DNA of 48,222 bases, the filler included, from Catajapyx aquilonaris (lineage: Eukaryota), in NCBI GenBank assembly GCA_000934665.2. It is 2 parts of 2 records of this genome, joined end to end, with 100 filler letters (N's around TTAATTAATTAA, not from the genome) between each part and the next. Parts side by side here need not be neighbours in the genome. Positions count along the whole stretch, not along the records: positions 1 to 24,076 come from KZ539377.1; 1 more part is not named here. The stretch is one strand, 5' to 3'. The notes beneath the pieces are model-generated. The model worked only from the letters and a program-made list of their open reading frames with translations. It was not told the DNA's origin and made no database searches. The translations under genes were made by a program, and so were the position numbers. Positions 9,979 through 21,946 of this stretch are shown here, piece by piece. Positions within the stretch are counted from its first letter, which is position 1; every line of letters starts with the position of its first letter.

Positions 9979-12641
9979 ATCCAATTGAACCCTTATGGAG
10001 CAATCAGTTTTACGAGATTAAATCTAGTTATTGCGATATTAATATTTCTTTCAAGGGGTACCAACATAACCTTCACGGGAAGATGCACTTTTTCCATTGC
10101 TTTCAATGAGTATATTCGGGAACTGTTCTGAAAACCAACATGAAATTTTAAACTCATGCTTTTGGAATAACACGCTGTTATGTAATGCATAAACTTACCT
10201 TATTTAATGGTACAGTCACCTGCAGAAAAATCTCCAACATTGCATATTTTGGTCAAAATTCGCATATTTCGCCATTTATTACGGCGTTAAGGTAACGTGA
10301 CGGTTATGCCGATTATATTTTGTGATATACTCGGTGACCCCCTAAAGGTTATGCTATAAAACCTTTGCTAGCTCCGCGTGTTGTTGAGATATGCGAGGTG
10401 AAAATATGGCAACAAGCGAAAACACACATATTTCAAAAATTATCGTATTTTCTCAAAAGCCCATTTTTTATTTTTTATTTTTTATTTTACACGGACAGAC
10501 AGGTTTTAAAATGAGGCAGTGTCAAAACCCGGTGCATACCTTTTGTAAGTGAGATACATTTTTTTTCAGATGGCAAATTTCGTCATTGTGCTACAATATA
10601 AATATTTTCTCGAAGAAGCCATTTTAAATATTTAATCGTTATTTTTTGTGTAACAAAGTAGCATGGGTTCTATTATAAAATTATATAAAAATTCGGTATT
10701 CACAATGCCGTAATTTACTGGTACAGTCATCTTCAAAAAAATCGCCAAAAGTGCTTGTTTTTCTGAAAATTCACTTAGTATACGCAATTTATTATGGAGT
10801 TATTATTAAGGTTATACAAATGAAACCAATTATGTACAACGTTGTTAAAGGGCATGTTGTAAGATCAAATAATATCATTAATATCTGCATTCAAAGAAGA
10901 GATAATACACCTGGTCAAAGTATGGTCATATGAGAAAACATGCCTGAAAAATACATTTTTTATTCAAAAATGCCATTTTTTATTGATTTTATTTTCATTT
11001 GTGTAGATAATGACACTCTCTTTCAAAAGATATATTACAAACCCGGGGCATATGCATAGTACTTGAATTATATATTTTGAATGTTGCTCTGGGTTAAACC
11101 CACTGCATGACAAATGTGTAAATTGTCACAAGCTTTCTTTTTTCACACTATATCTTTTGAAAGAGAGCGTCATTATCCACACAAATGAAAATAAAATCAA
11201 TAAAAAATGGCATTTTTGAATAAAAAATGTATTTTTCAGGCATGTTTTCTCATATGACCATACTTTGACCAGGTGTATCTCTTCTTTGAATGCAGATATT
11301 AATGATATTATTTGTCCTTACAACATGCCCTTTAACAACATTGTACATAATTGGTTTCATTTGTATAACCTTAATAATAACTCCATAATAAATTGCGTAC
11401 TAAGTGAATTTTCAGCAAAACAAGCACCAGCAGACAAGCTCTTTGGGCGATTTTTTTGAAGATGACTGTACCAGTAAATTACGGCATTGTGCACACCGAA
11501 TTTTTATATAATTTTATAATATAACCCATGCTACTTAGTTACACAAAAAATAACGATTAAGTATTTAAAATGGCTTCTTCGAGAAAATATTTATATTGTA
11601 GCACAATGACGAAATTTGTCATCTGAAAAAAATTGTATCTCACTTACAAAAGGTATGCACCGGGTTTATTTTTTTATTTTTTAATTACACCCTTGAAGCC
11701 TTCAGGCTTATGTAGGGGGGAGGTTTTTCGACCATTTTCTATCTCTCCGGTGCCAGGATGGAGGGGGGGACAGTGGTGCAAGTGCAATGTCTCATGGCGG
11801 AGGCCGTGTGCAGTCCCCCAGAGGGCTAGGTTGAAAGACGACCCTCTAGGTGCGGGTAAGAGACCTCCCACAAACGCCGCACCTCCTCCAGTATGGGACA
11901 GGGATAGGAAAGGTAGGAAGCGGCTGTGGCCTACGATTAGGAAACAACTCCGGTATTCACCTGGGGGTGACCGTGGGAAACCACAGAAAACCACGGTCAG
12001 AGTTGCCGGCCTGGGGATTTGATCCCTGGACCTCCCGATTTGCAGCCGGATACCAAATCCCCTCAGCTACTGCTGCTTCGGTGGTATGCACCGGGTTTTG
12101 ACACTACCTCATTTTAAAACCTGTCTGTCCGTGTAAAATAAAAAATAAAAAATAAAAAATGGGCTTTTGAGAAAATACGATAATTTTTGAAATATGTGTG
12201 TTTTCGCTTGTTGCCATATTTTCACCTCGCATATCTCAACAACACGCGGAGCTAGCAAAGGTTTTATAGCATAACCTTTAGGGGGTCACCGAGTATATCA
12301 CAAAATATAATCGGCATAACCGTCACGTTACCTTAACGCCGTAATAAATGGCGAAATATGCGAATTTTGACCAAAATATGCAATGTTGGAGATTTTTTTG
12401 CAGGTGACTGTACCATTAAATAAGGTAAGTTTATGCATTACATAACAGCGTGTTATACCAAAAGCATGAGTTTAAAATTTCATGTTGGTTTTCAGAACAG
12501 TTCCCGAATTATACTCATTGAAAGCAATGGAAAAAGTGCACCTTCCCGTAAAGGTTATTTTGGTACCCCTTGAAAGAAATATTAATATATCGATAACTAA
12601 ATTTAATCTCGTAAAACTGATTGCTCCATAAGGGTTCAATT

Positions 12642-12645
<4 letters not shown>
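9979..12645. mobile_element. Foldback-type non-autonomous DNA element with ~1.05-kb inverted arms
   Basis: Left arm 9979-11034 (ATCCAATTGAACCCTTATGGAGCAATCAG...) is the near-perfect reverse complement of right arm 11149-12645 once the nested SINE is removed. Spacer 114 bp. No transposase ORF. Confidence 0.93.
11668..12082 (-). mobile_element. tRNA-derived SINE nested in the foldback right arm; related to 6288-6594
   Basis: 16-bp TSD GGTATGCACCGGGTTT at 11652-11667 and 12083-12098. A-rich tail. Head ACCGAAGCAGCAGTAGCTGAGGG..GGATCAAATCC. The empty site is visible in the left arm near 10525-10540. Confidence 0.92.

Positions 12646-12682
<37 letters not shown>
12644..12682. repeat. (TA)n microsatellite
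   Basis: Pure TA run abutting the right end of the foldback. Confidence 0.95.
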
Positions 12683-12683
<1 letters not shown>

Positions 12684-13900
12684 CCACAACATTAAACCAC
12701 AACATTACTTGCAGCATTTTAGAGAAGAAAAATGTGATGACATCACATTAATTTGTGGCTTTTTACTAAGAAGAGTAAGTCAGCTTGATATATTTACCTG
12801 ACAGGGAAAGAGGAGGTAAATCATACAGCGCCGATAATGGCATCTGAAAAGAAATGGATTTGTGGTTAAATTTTGCACTATGGATATTTGTATCGGGGGA
12901 CACACTTTCTTTACAAATATTTTTTTACAATCCTCTCTCAAAAATCTTACAAAAGGGCGTCAAAAAGGTCGAAATAGGTGAAAATAGGCGCTAATAGGCC
13001 ATTTAGGTTCCAACGTCCGAAATAGCCAATTTTAGATTCTATAAAACTGCGATTTTTGAGGTCATTGTCTTATGAAACGGATAGATATTTGGTTTCCTGT
13101 GTTCTGCCTACAAAATAAAAAGTAGGTAAAAACCTAGAAATCCGTTCTCTACATATAAGAGCCAGATATCGTTAAAAAATGTATAGCCTGAAATGACTCA
13201 CACAGACCTGTTATCAAAACATGTAATTCAAATTTGTTTAAACTTAAATAGCATTAGTGTTCAGCGTTAAGGCAATTTCACAAAAAAATGCCGCGCGGCA
13301 AACGGCGCGACTTGCGGCAAATTTTGTATTTATATTTATTGTTGCCAATTTGGCCAATTTGTTGGCAACAATAAATATCAATAAAAAATTTGCCGCAAGT
13401 CGCGCCGTTTGCCGCGCGACATTTTTTTGTGAAATGGACCCCGTGAGACAACAGTATTTAAGCCAAATTTCCCACAACTTAGAACGAATTATGGTTAAAA
13501 TTAAGCAGATAAAAATGTCACAATATAAGTCAAGTGAAAATACAGTAAATACAGAATGGGCTATACTGGCAAATTGACAAAACCACAATAACCGGAGCAC
13601 CTTAATGACTAACACCTTGGACACTTGCCGGATTGGTGCTAAGCAGGCCATTTATGTCTATATGTGAGTAACCGACGTAACAGTCGTAACACGACATAAT
13701 AACGTCCCAGTTGCACCCTCGCCTCCAGCTATAGTAACACACTGACTGATGACAGAGAGTGACCTCGTGTTTCAGCAGACAGATATTATATGGACAGCCG
13801 CGTCTGAAGCCAGTACTTTCTGACAAGATCTAGAGTAGGTTACTGCTTTGCTTTGAGAGCTTTCCGAGGCTTCTGGCCCAAAAAAAATGCCGAAAGCCCG
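12683..13900 (-). promoter_or_regulatory. Duplicated upstream module, copy C (putative promoter and non-coding first exon of paralogue 1)
   Basis: Homologous to copies A and B. Minus-strand TCAGTCAGT (13741-13749). Candidate donors G|GCAAGT (13623-13628) and AAG|GTGCTC (~13600). Confidence 0.5.
13271..13440. mobile_element. Palindromic MITE (Harbinger-like)
   Basis: GGCAATTTCACAAAAAAATGCCGCGCGGCAAACGGCGCGACTTGCGGCAAATTTT is mirrored at the right end. This explains the paired ORFs 13244..13651 and 13257..13577. Confidence 0.85.
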
Positions 13901-13949
13901 AAACCAATAGGGACCGTGGAGCTGGCAAGTGTTGCCACCTGGCGGCAAT

Positions 13950-14400
13950 TCGGGCATAAACCAATGTGAATGGACATGACGGATTATTCGTGACAGGTGT
14001 GGAAGTGTTGCATTGGGAGTGCTTTCGGATAGAGTCGGCCTTGCTGGCGTGCGGGAGGGTAGTAGTCGGTGGGGGCAGCGGGCTCTGTCGCAAAGGTAAG
14101 GATAAAGGATAGGTGTGTATCCGCTGAAGATAGGTCTGTATCCACAAGGAAGGAATGTTAGGCTTGGTTAGGTTAGGTTGGTACAGCATAATACCCCTTC
14201 CAAAATCCAAAAATAATCAATACTTGCATTCCTGCCTTTGCGACACAGCCAAGCTGCCTCCCACCGCACTATACTCACCCTGCCGCCTCCCGCACGCCAG
14301 TAAAGATATACTCCTTCCAACATCGTCACAAAGGGCGCAATAAAGAAACGGACATTCATAATATCAAACTCACCCTCACGTGGCACAATCTGATCCCGTT
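13950..14400. mobile_element. Degenerate inverted-repeat element with central GGTTA repeats
   Basis: CTGGCGTGCGGGAGG (14044) pairs with CCTCCCGCACGCCAG (14286), and GTCGCAAAGG pairs with CCTTTGCGAC. Boundaries are approximate. Confidence 0.5.
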
Positions 14401-14731
14401 TTACGGCATTGCATCGTTCCGGCAATAAATCATGGTGTCAAAAGACGTAGATTTTCATGTGCACAAAAACAACCATCGTAAAGCCTGACCTTTTCCCCAT
14501 CCTCTGAGAAGGGTCCGGCTGAGAAACCATCCCTTCCATCAAAGCCCTTAAGCAGCCGGAGGGGCTGTGACTAATAGTTCGTCTGGATGCCTGACCTGTG
14601 GCATGTCCAAATAAACTTACATGTTATTTCGGGGCATCGGCCCACATTAATTATTTTTCAAATCTGGCGAACTGTGCCATTTAGCATACACTTATGGTGC
14701 ATTTGTCCCACCGGGACACTAGTTTTTCCCA

Positions 14732-15690
14732 GGGTAACCTCCATGAGCACTTTCGCCCAATGCAAATTCGCCCGACGGATATTCGCCCGACGTCAACTCG
14801 CCCGTCGAAAATTCGCCCGACGTATGTATTCGCCCGATACAACCTCGCCCGATGCTAACACGCCCGATGGAAACTAGCCCGATTTACCGGTACACACTCG
14901 CCTGGGCTGGTTAATCGCAATTAAGTGTCGTGATGGTAATTAACGGCAAGGGGCACTCTTTGTGAACATATCGTACCGACGGGATTTCCCAATTACTTCC
15001 TTGGTCTCCTGATATCGCTAATTACAGTACACGGGTTAAGTGCCTTGCTTTTTGTGCCGTTTTTAGGGCCGTTTTAGAGCTTTATGGCAAGGGATTGAGG
15101 CAGAGGCGAGGAACAGGATATTTGGGCGCATTGGCCAATAAGATCGGCAAGGAGTGCCCCTTGCCGTTAATTACCATCACGAAGGGAGATGAAGTGGCGT
15201 CGCGGTAACGCGTGAGCCCACGGATATGAAGGTCCCGGGTTCAATCCCCACCCGGGGTTCCCACCTTTATCCGTGCAGAGTTGAGCCATCTCTGGCTTCA
15301 TTTCGGGTGGAAATTTTCTAAAGACTAATCCACCCGGGGGAGTTCACAAAATGACCAATTAACGACAGCGCACATGCACTTTGCACATCCCCTCCTACCA
15401 ACCCTTGGAGTACACTAATTAAGATCTTCTTAAACTCGCTCCCAAAATACCAATGGTGGTAATCCACCACCCCCTAAAGACCCAACAGGTCATTCACGGG
15501 GTAAATTTAAAAAAAAAAGAATAATCATAATAATTACCATCACGACACTTAATTGCGATTAACCAGCCCAGGCGAGTGTGTACCGGTAAATCGGGCCAGT
15601 TTACATCGGGCGAATACATACGGCGGGCGAGTTGACGTCGGGCGAATTTGCATTGGGCGAGTTTGTTTCGGGCTATGTGTGACGGAACCC
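14732..15690. mobile_element. Foldback/MITE with ~15-bp subterminal TCGCCCGA tandem repeats
   Basis: TCGCCCG repeats on the left and CGGGCGA repeats on the right. The arms GCCCGATTTACCGGTACACACTCGCCTGGGCTGGTTAATCGCAATTAAGTGTCGTGATGGTAATTAACGGCAAGGGGCACTC are inverted, and the right arm is split by a SINE. Confidence 0.8.
15183..15530 (+). mobile_element. tRNA-derived SINE nested in the MITE right arm
   Basis: A box TGGCGTCGCGG and B box GGTTCAATCCC. A-rich tail. 15-bp TSD TAATTACCATCACGA at 15168-15182 and 15531-15545. Confidence 0.9.
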
Positions 15691-16093
15691 CCCATAGCGG
15701 CCTGCTGGCACAGTCACCCGGGCCAGATTGGCCATTTTGGGGTTGGAGAATAATATAACTAAGAGCGGCGCCGGTCTTTCAATGCTATTCTACATTTACT
15801 GCACAACCTTCAATAATTTTTCATTACATACTTTTGATGGATTTTTAAAGTGTACTGTGTATTTTCTTACAATCTGACATCCGTAGTGTGTTGTTTGGAC
15901 TTCATGCAAAAGCAATAATTATATGCTCCATGCGCCGACATTGTATAGCCATAATTATTGCAAAGGTAACTATACCACATCAATGAGTCACTCCTAAGGA
16001 AAAGTATTTCATAACCCGAGCAACGCCGCGCCGGGTATCCTGCTATAGTCTAATTCTCTAATATAATAAAGAATCATTTACAGTAGAAGCTAT

Positions 16094-16496
16094 TGTGACC
16101 CGAGCGGCTGGGTACATACTGAAGAAGAAGCAAGTAGGGTTTGTTCAAGCACAGTAAGTTTATTTGCAAGCAAATGAGTACGTGAGGATAGCAAGGTTAA
16201 GGAAGGAATTTAAGGTAACCAGAGAGGTATAAAGGATAACCAGGTATGGGTAGGTAACCTCCGGAGAGGAGTGACTGTTGACCAGGATATTCTCCTGGCT
16301 ACTAAGCCTCGAGTGTTGATCGGCGGCTGGTTATATAGGTAGTGCCCCAATGCGAGATGGGTATGGATGTTGGCAGGAGTCACGTGATAGGTATGCGGCA
16401 CGTGGGAAGCCGGGTTGAAAAAGTACATGTACAGTGTGGTACAAAATAACATCCGTTAAGTGGGGCACATTCTGGGCACGATAAAATTCGGTCACA
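16094..16496 (-). mobile_element. Solo LTR (403 bp)
   Basis: Ends TGTGACC...GGTCACA. 4-bp TSD CTAT (16090-16093 and 16497-16500). Minus-strand TATA box (CTATATAA, ~16331-16338) lies upstream of AATAAA (16159-16164). Confidence 0.8.
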
Positions 16497-17134
16497 CTAT
16501 CATTGTATAGGTCAACTGAAATTCACTCATCCTGAATTAAATTTTTCCCCTTTCTCACACAATTTCCACTCCATCCGCATGATCTTTCTTTACTTGAAAT
16601 GTTGTTAGAAAAGCTCGTGTTATGTTAAGTGTGGTTACTTTGCATATCAGTGTCATTGATAGAAAATACGTCGTTTTTATCATTATTTTATTCATTTAAT
16701 TATCATTATAGGGCTTTATAATGTTGAAAGAAAGAAAGAAAAATGAAAATTGCAAACAACTACAACTATATTTATTGATCTGAATGCCGAACACTTGTGA
16801 TTACAAAGCTCATTTATTTGAAATAAATTCCAACACACATGCGCAGGTCTGGATAATAACAGAAAAATTCTCATCAAATATGATCAAATATATCAAATAA
16901 CACTATATCTAATTGTAAGATATATAGATTCAAAGCCCATGGATATAAAATAATGTTCCAAAACATTACAGCCGCAATCATTACCATATTTAAAAGGAAA
17001 TAAACTGATACAGCAAGTACCTGATGTGAACAGTAATAACTTTTGTAATTGGTAGAGTTCCAATTGGCAACTCAGATTTTATGTAAAAAATAACTGCGCA
17101 AATGCTCATCTCAATATTTTCTATCCAAGGTAGA

Positions 17135-18136
17135 CTACTTCATCGACAATTCAGAAAGAAACTTCAAGACTTCAACATTAGTACATTCCTTCCACGGCTG
17201 ACTCTCTCTCAGCTCCTTTGAATGGGATCGGATGAACTCCACGCATGCATCTTTCAGTTTTGGCAAGTCGAGCATGATGGCATAACTCAAAATGTTCAGT
17301 ACACTTTCAACAGTCAAAATGTTGCTGACATGATTTTCCATTAGAAAGATAATACGTGGGATCTGGTACTTATGAGATGCAATCAACACATCCATGGCCA
17401 CCTCCGTCACATCAGCAGGAGCTTCATCAGTGTACATGAAACTAATAAGTGCTCTCAGGACATCTGCTTTGAAGTCCTTGATGACAACCCTGCCAGTCTC
17501 CTTCTCCTCAGTATCGTGATCAAACATGGCTGCAAACACAGGGCTTCGGGCACACAGAATGAACTTGTGCACTGGAACTTCTGACCCATCACTTGCAACC
17601 AGAGTTACATCCCTGCCAACCTGGGACTCCAGCATGCCTCTTGCATCCTCAAACAATCCTGTAGTTTTACAAGTCATGTCTAATATAACATGGCCTGTGC
17701 ACAACAATGTCAGAGCTTCATTCGGAAGGAGGTCAGAAGATTTCGCTTGCAAGACTTTGATTTCAATGAATTGCGGAAACCCCCAAGTCGTAGATTGCTC
17801 AGAAAATATGAGGATATTTTTAGAAGCAAATCTAGTGTAGTTCTTTTTATTGCTTTTGGTACTCCTAATTGCGAGGGAAAATATGACAGGAAATTGGAAA
17901 CCATATGTATCACAATGGCAATGAAAGTAAAGAGAGATGTAACCATCATTAGCTTCTGTGTTGCCTTTGGGATAAAGGTGCAGGTGCCATTGTGTTGACT
18001 CTATTCCACTGATGGTGAAGGGATCTGATTTAAGAACTGTTTCATTCATTTCAAGGGGCTTGTAGTTTGCAATGGTCCATTTAAAAGAAAATGGCTGGAA
18101 TTCTGCTGTCTTCATGGCTAGCTGCTGGGAAGTCAT
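17135..18136 (-). CDS. SPOP/roadkill-like MATH-BTB protein (paralogue 2), 333 aa
   Basis: MATH motifs (FSFKWTIANY, LKSDPF, QWHLHLYPKG, GYISLYF, TWGFPQFI, LLPNEALTLLC), BTB and BACK-like tail. Acceptor TTCCTTTTCATAG ends at 18150 and is followed by GCAAAAATG, with the ATG at 18136. The ORF-track start at 18145 is TTG. Confidence 0.95.
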   Translation of the reverse strand: MTSQQLAMKTAEFQPFSFKWTIANYKPLEMNETVLKSDPFTISGIESTQWHLHLYPKGNTEANDGYISLYFHCHCDTYGFQFPVIFSLAIRSTKSNKKNYTRFASKNILIFSEQSTTWGFPQFIEIKVLQAKSSDLLPNEALTLLCTGHVILDMTCKTTGLFEDARGMLESQVGRDVTLVASDGSEVPVHKFILCARSPVFAAMFDHDTEEKETGRVVIKDFKADVLRALISFMYTDEAPADVTEVAMDVLIASHKYQIPRIIFLMENHVSNILTVESVLNILSYAIMLDLPKLKDACVEFIRSHSKELRESQPWKECTNVEVLKFLSELSMK

Positions 18137-20647
18137 TTTTGCCAATCCACTATGAAAAGGAAGAACAAATAAAATATTACTCTCTCATGATTGAATATTA
18201 TTCCACTCCAGAGGACTAATATTGATATGATCAGCCTTCATTTTGTAGCAGCTAACGTAAGTCAAACCATTTTAAAAACATGAACCCAACATGACTGTCT
18301 AAGTTTTGTTACTGAACTGTGTTGCATTTATTTAAAATGTGACCGGTTCCTCTACTGAAATGTATCTCACCAAAATAAGATAATTTTGATGCGCAATTGA
18401 ATGGGTAGGCACGTAAGCTACTGCATACAACCCGGTACAACCTGTGTTTCATCCGGTTAAATATTAAACTTATATCCTGTGCATTATTTGAAAGGTATTT
18501 TCACTCTTAATGAAACTCCACAGCATTAAGAAAATTCCAAATTTAAATTCCAAATTGGAGGAAAAAATTTCGATTTTCATATTGATCAATAGGATCATAC
18601 ATCGGACCCCTACGATTCATTTTGATATAGTCAATGTTTATTTGAGATTTCCGCAAAATATAGCGATTTGCCCAATATTCAAAATGCAGTGCGGCAAAAG
18701 CACCCCGCAGATGTAACCACCTCAATTGGCAGCAAAAATTCGCATTTTTTTTTGTTAAAAAGTCATGAGGCATATCCTGTGAGAAAGCCTGATTGAATAA
18801 CTCTCAATAAATAATTAATGTTCACCTAATCATTGATCCACGTGACAATTTTTTGGTCAACCATACGCGATGAGAAAAATAATTGTGAAACTTGCACCTT
18901 CCTCAAAAGCCCTTTTAAATGGCCCAATGACAAAAATTGCTACTACACTTTGCATTGAAATAATCAGCCTGCCATTAGGCAGATCATCATATTGATTAGG
19001 GCATAGAATAATAACTAACAGAGATCCTTTCAGAAGTAGTTCTCTCGCCATATTAGCTCATTAGCTCTGCTTTCAAGATAGTTAGCTATCTTGTAAGCAG
19101 AGATTAAGGAGGCCCTGAAAAAAGAAAATCTGGACCTTCTTCCAGTTGTCAGCCTATACATCTATTCTGGGTCGCCTCCTAACAGCCAAAATTTTTTACC
19201 GCCAATATCACGAACGAATATTTAGGAAATACGTAATGGCACAACCAAATATTTGTTTAACAAAAATTAATTTGAAATGAAAAATTATGTTGCATTTCTT
19301 CAGGCAAAATAATGTACCGGTATTTAATTATACAAGTTATTATTAAATACATGCATTATAATAATTACAATCGATACTTCATGACACCCATGCCATATGA
19401 TTTGTCAGCATGCTGGTATATTAGTTCGGCAAGCCACAATAACGTTCATAGGCTTGAGGCGTCCTGGCGGTAAATGACAATATGTTGGCGTGGTAACAAT
19501 CCATCTATTTTTGTGGGCCAATGGGGTTTATTGTGCAAAACTCGACCCACTCCTCACAAATTGTCAACATTCTCAGTCCTTCAACATTGCCACACCAGAC
19601 TGCTTGATACTTCTCGAAATGCCGTGCCACAGAGCTTCCTTGACCATTGTCCACAGGCAGGGAAAACCACCAAAAATTCTCTCCCCAACCGGTATTATTA
19701 TAGTTTCAAAAGCAGTGGTAGTAGCTGTAGTAGGACTGCGACAAAAGTCGATAGTATTAGTACCTTGATTAGTACAGCAATTACCTTCCAAATTATTGTT
19801 TTTGGCTAATTCCATGCGTGACTTACACGACATGACACGCAGTCCATGCCTAATTTCTCTCTTTTTTTGCACAAACTTTAGCATTTAAGAAATGGGTGTT
19901 TAATCAGAAATAGGCAGTAAGTATCTATTACACTAAAATTTTTAAACGTATTTAAAAGTATCGCCGTCTATTCCCGCCAGAAAGTGGGCTGGGTCACTTT
20001 CCTATTAAACTTAATAAACCAATACTTTTTTAAAAAAAGTGTAATAGAGCACGAAATAATTTGCTTGACAGGATGAGGAAACTCAAATATTACAATTAAT
20101 TACAATTAATTACAAAATATCTACCACGGAATTTAAATATGTTTATGGCTCGCTGCCTTTTTCTGAAATTGCATGGTATTATTTATAAAACTTAAAGAGT
20201 CTTTACCACCTCTCCTCAGGGTTGTGGATTTTATTACGGTTTCGTAAAATAGGCAAAAGCGGCGTCAAGGTATACGGAACCTTCTTTGAAAGAGGCCTCC
20301 ACAGACCACAGTGAATAGACCGGCACCTGCCGAAGTTGGAATTTTTTCAGGAAACGGGGCATAGGAAGGAGACACCGGGAGGGAACTCTAGGGGGGGGGG
20401 GGGGGGGAGCTAANGGGGAGCTAATCTGATGGTCAGATAGGCCGGCCGGCGGGCGCCCCGACCCCTACTTCCAAATTTGTAATCCAGAGGGGGGGAAATG
20501 TCAGCTGGGTCTCGAGGGTGGTGAAAAATTATTTCCACAAAATGATTCTATCTCTCTTGAAAATAATTATGCCCATAATTATTTGGCATTGTAATAAGTT
20601 ACATAAATAGGAAGACATAGAAGTTAGTGAATCCGACAGGATATAAT

Positions 20648-20760
20648 ACTCACCTAGCTATCAACACCAAATTCACGAAATCACCAGTTGTCCTGCTTCC
20701 AGTCACCTGCAGTCAGAGTACGTCTTGTTGCTGTCATTAATAAGATGTAAATATATTAGT
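20648..20760 (-). promoter_or_regulatory. Candidate non-coding first exon of paralogue 2
   Basis: Consensus donor TAG|GTGAGT (20648-20656). CCAGTTGTCCTGCTTCCAG resembles CCAGTTGCACCCTCGCCTCCAG in module copy C. Confidence 0.35.
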
Positions 20761-21946
20761 AAATAGACGTGTCATGTCCTAGATCTTTCACTGCACGTCA
20801 CCTGCAGCTCTGTATATACGGACACTGCCACACCAAAATATCTGCTGCCGTCTCACCAGGGTGGGAAAAAAAATCTGGCTTTTTTTTGCTTTTGAGTTTT
20901 GACCCCCCCACAAGGTAACCCACAACATTCCTGTCCCCATTCATATTCCTACTCCCCCAACCACACGGCCGCTTGAAGAGTTTCCTCTCAAGCCCAACCA
21001 CCTGTTCCTCCACGAGACTCCAGAGAAAACTTTCCAGACAAAATTAAACGTCACAGACATCACGTGACGACAGGCTACAAGCCCCCTAAGCCGGTCACTT
21101 ACCTGAAAGGTAATTGCTAATGGAGTACAGGTCTCCTTATCCCCAACCAACACGAAGCAAGTCCAGACTCAGAATGGTTTTACTCTTTACTCGCCACCCC
21201 GAGCCCCCTCCGACTCATTAATATTCAGCCCTTTCAGGGTCATCTGGCTGCACGTGGCGGGCCAGAGCTCGAGTCAAAAATTAGGGTCCGATATCTTATT
21301 ATAAAGAATTTTTTTATTATTTTGGTGTATGTCACGTTTTGAATTGCCATAGCCACCGGAAGAGTTCTGCTGTAATAGATCTTTACTTGGGTCATCATGT
21401 TGGACTTAATTGTTGTACCAGGAAAATGGAGTGGCGTAAAACGGGTAGCCTACTTACTGTACTAAATTAGTAGGTCATTATCACAACCAGTCTACCTTCG
21501 AAAATATCGAAAAATTTGTTAGCAACGGAATGGGAATAGTCCAGGCTAAATACCATCGTTTCACATAAAAGCGATTTTAATTGTCTGCCTATTTATCATT
21601 TAAAATAAATGCGAAATTTGTATGGACGTAACAAAATCACCCTAGTGTCTGAACCTGCCATTAGTAACTACTGGAAACCTGATTTAAAGATAAATTCGAT
21701 AGTTACATGGAAATAAACCAATGTAATGAAGACAACTTTGGATGACAAATTATGGCTTTTCATTGCTCTCATAACTACTTTCTTCATGCGTCACCTATGC
21801 TGTTAAAATTTGCGTTTGTAGAGCTTTTAGTATTGACATGCATTATCAGCCTGGCTTGGTCAAAGTATACGAAATCTTTCTTGGCACTTTCCCAACCAGG
21901 CTATCAGAATATATTTTCAATTGATCATTGTGGTTTTGTGTGTATA

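Noticed and set aside
14158..14180. Telomeric (TTAGG)n
   Set aside because: Only a few units, located inside an inverted-repeat element.
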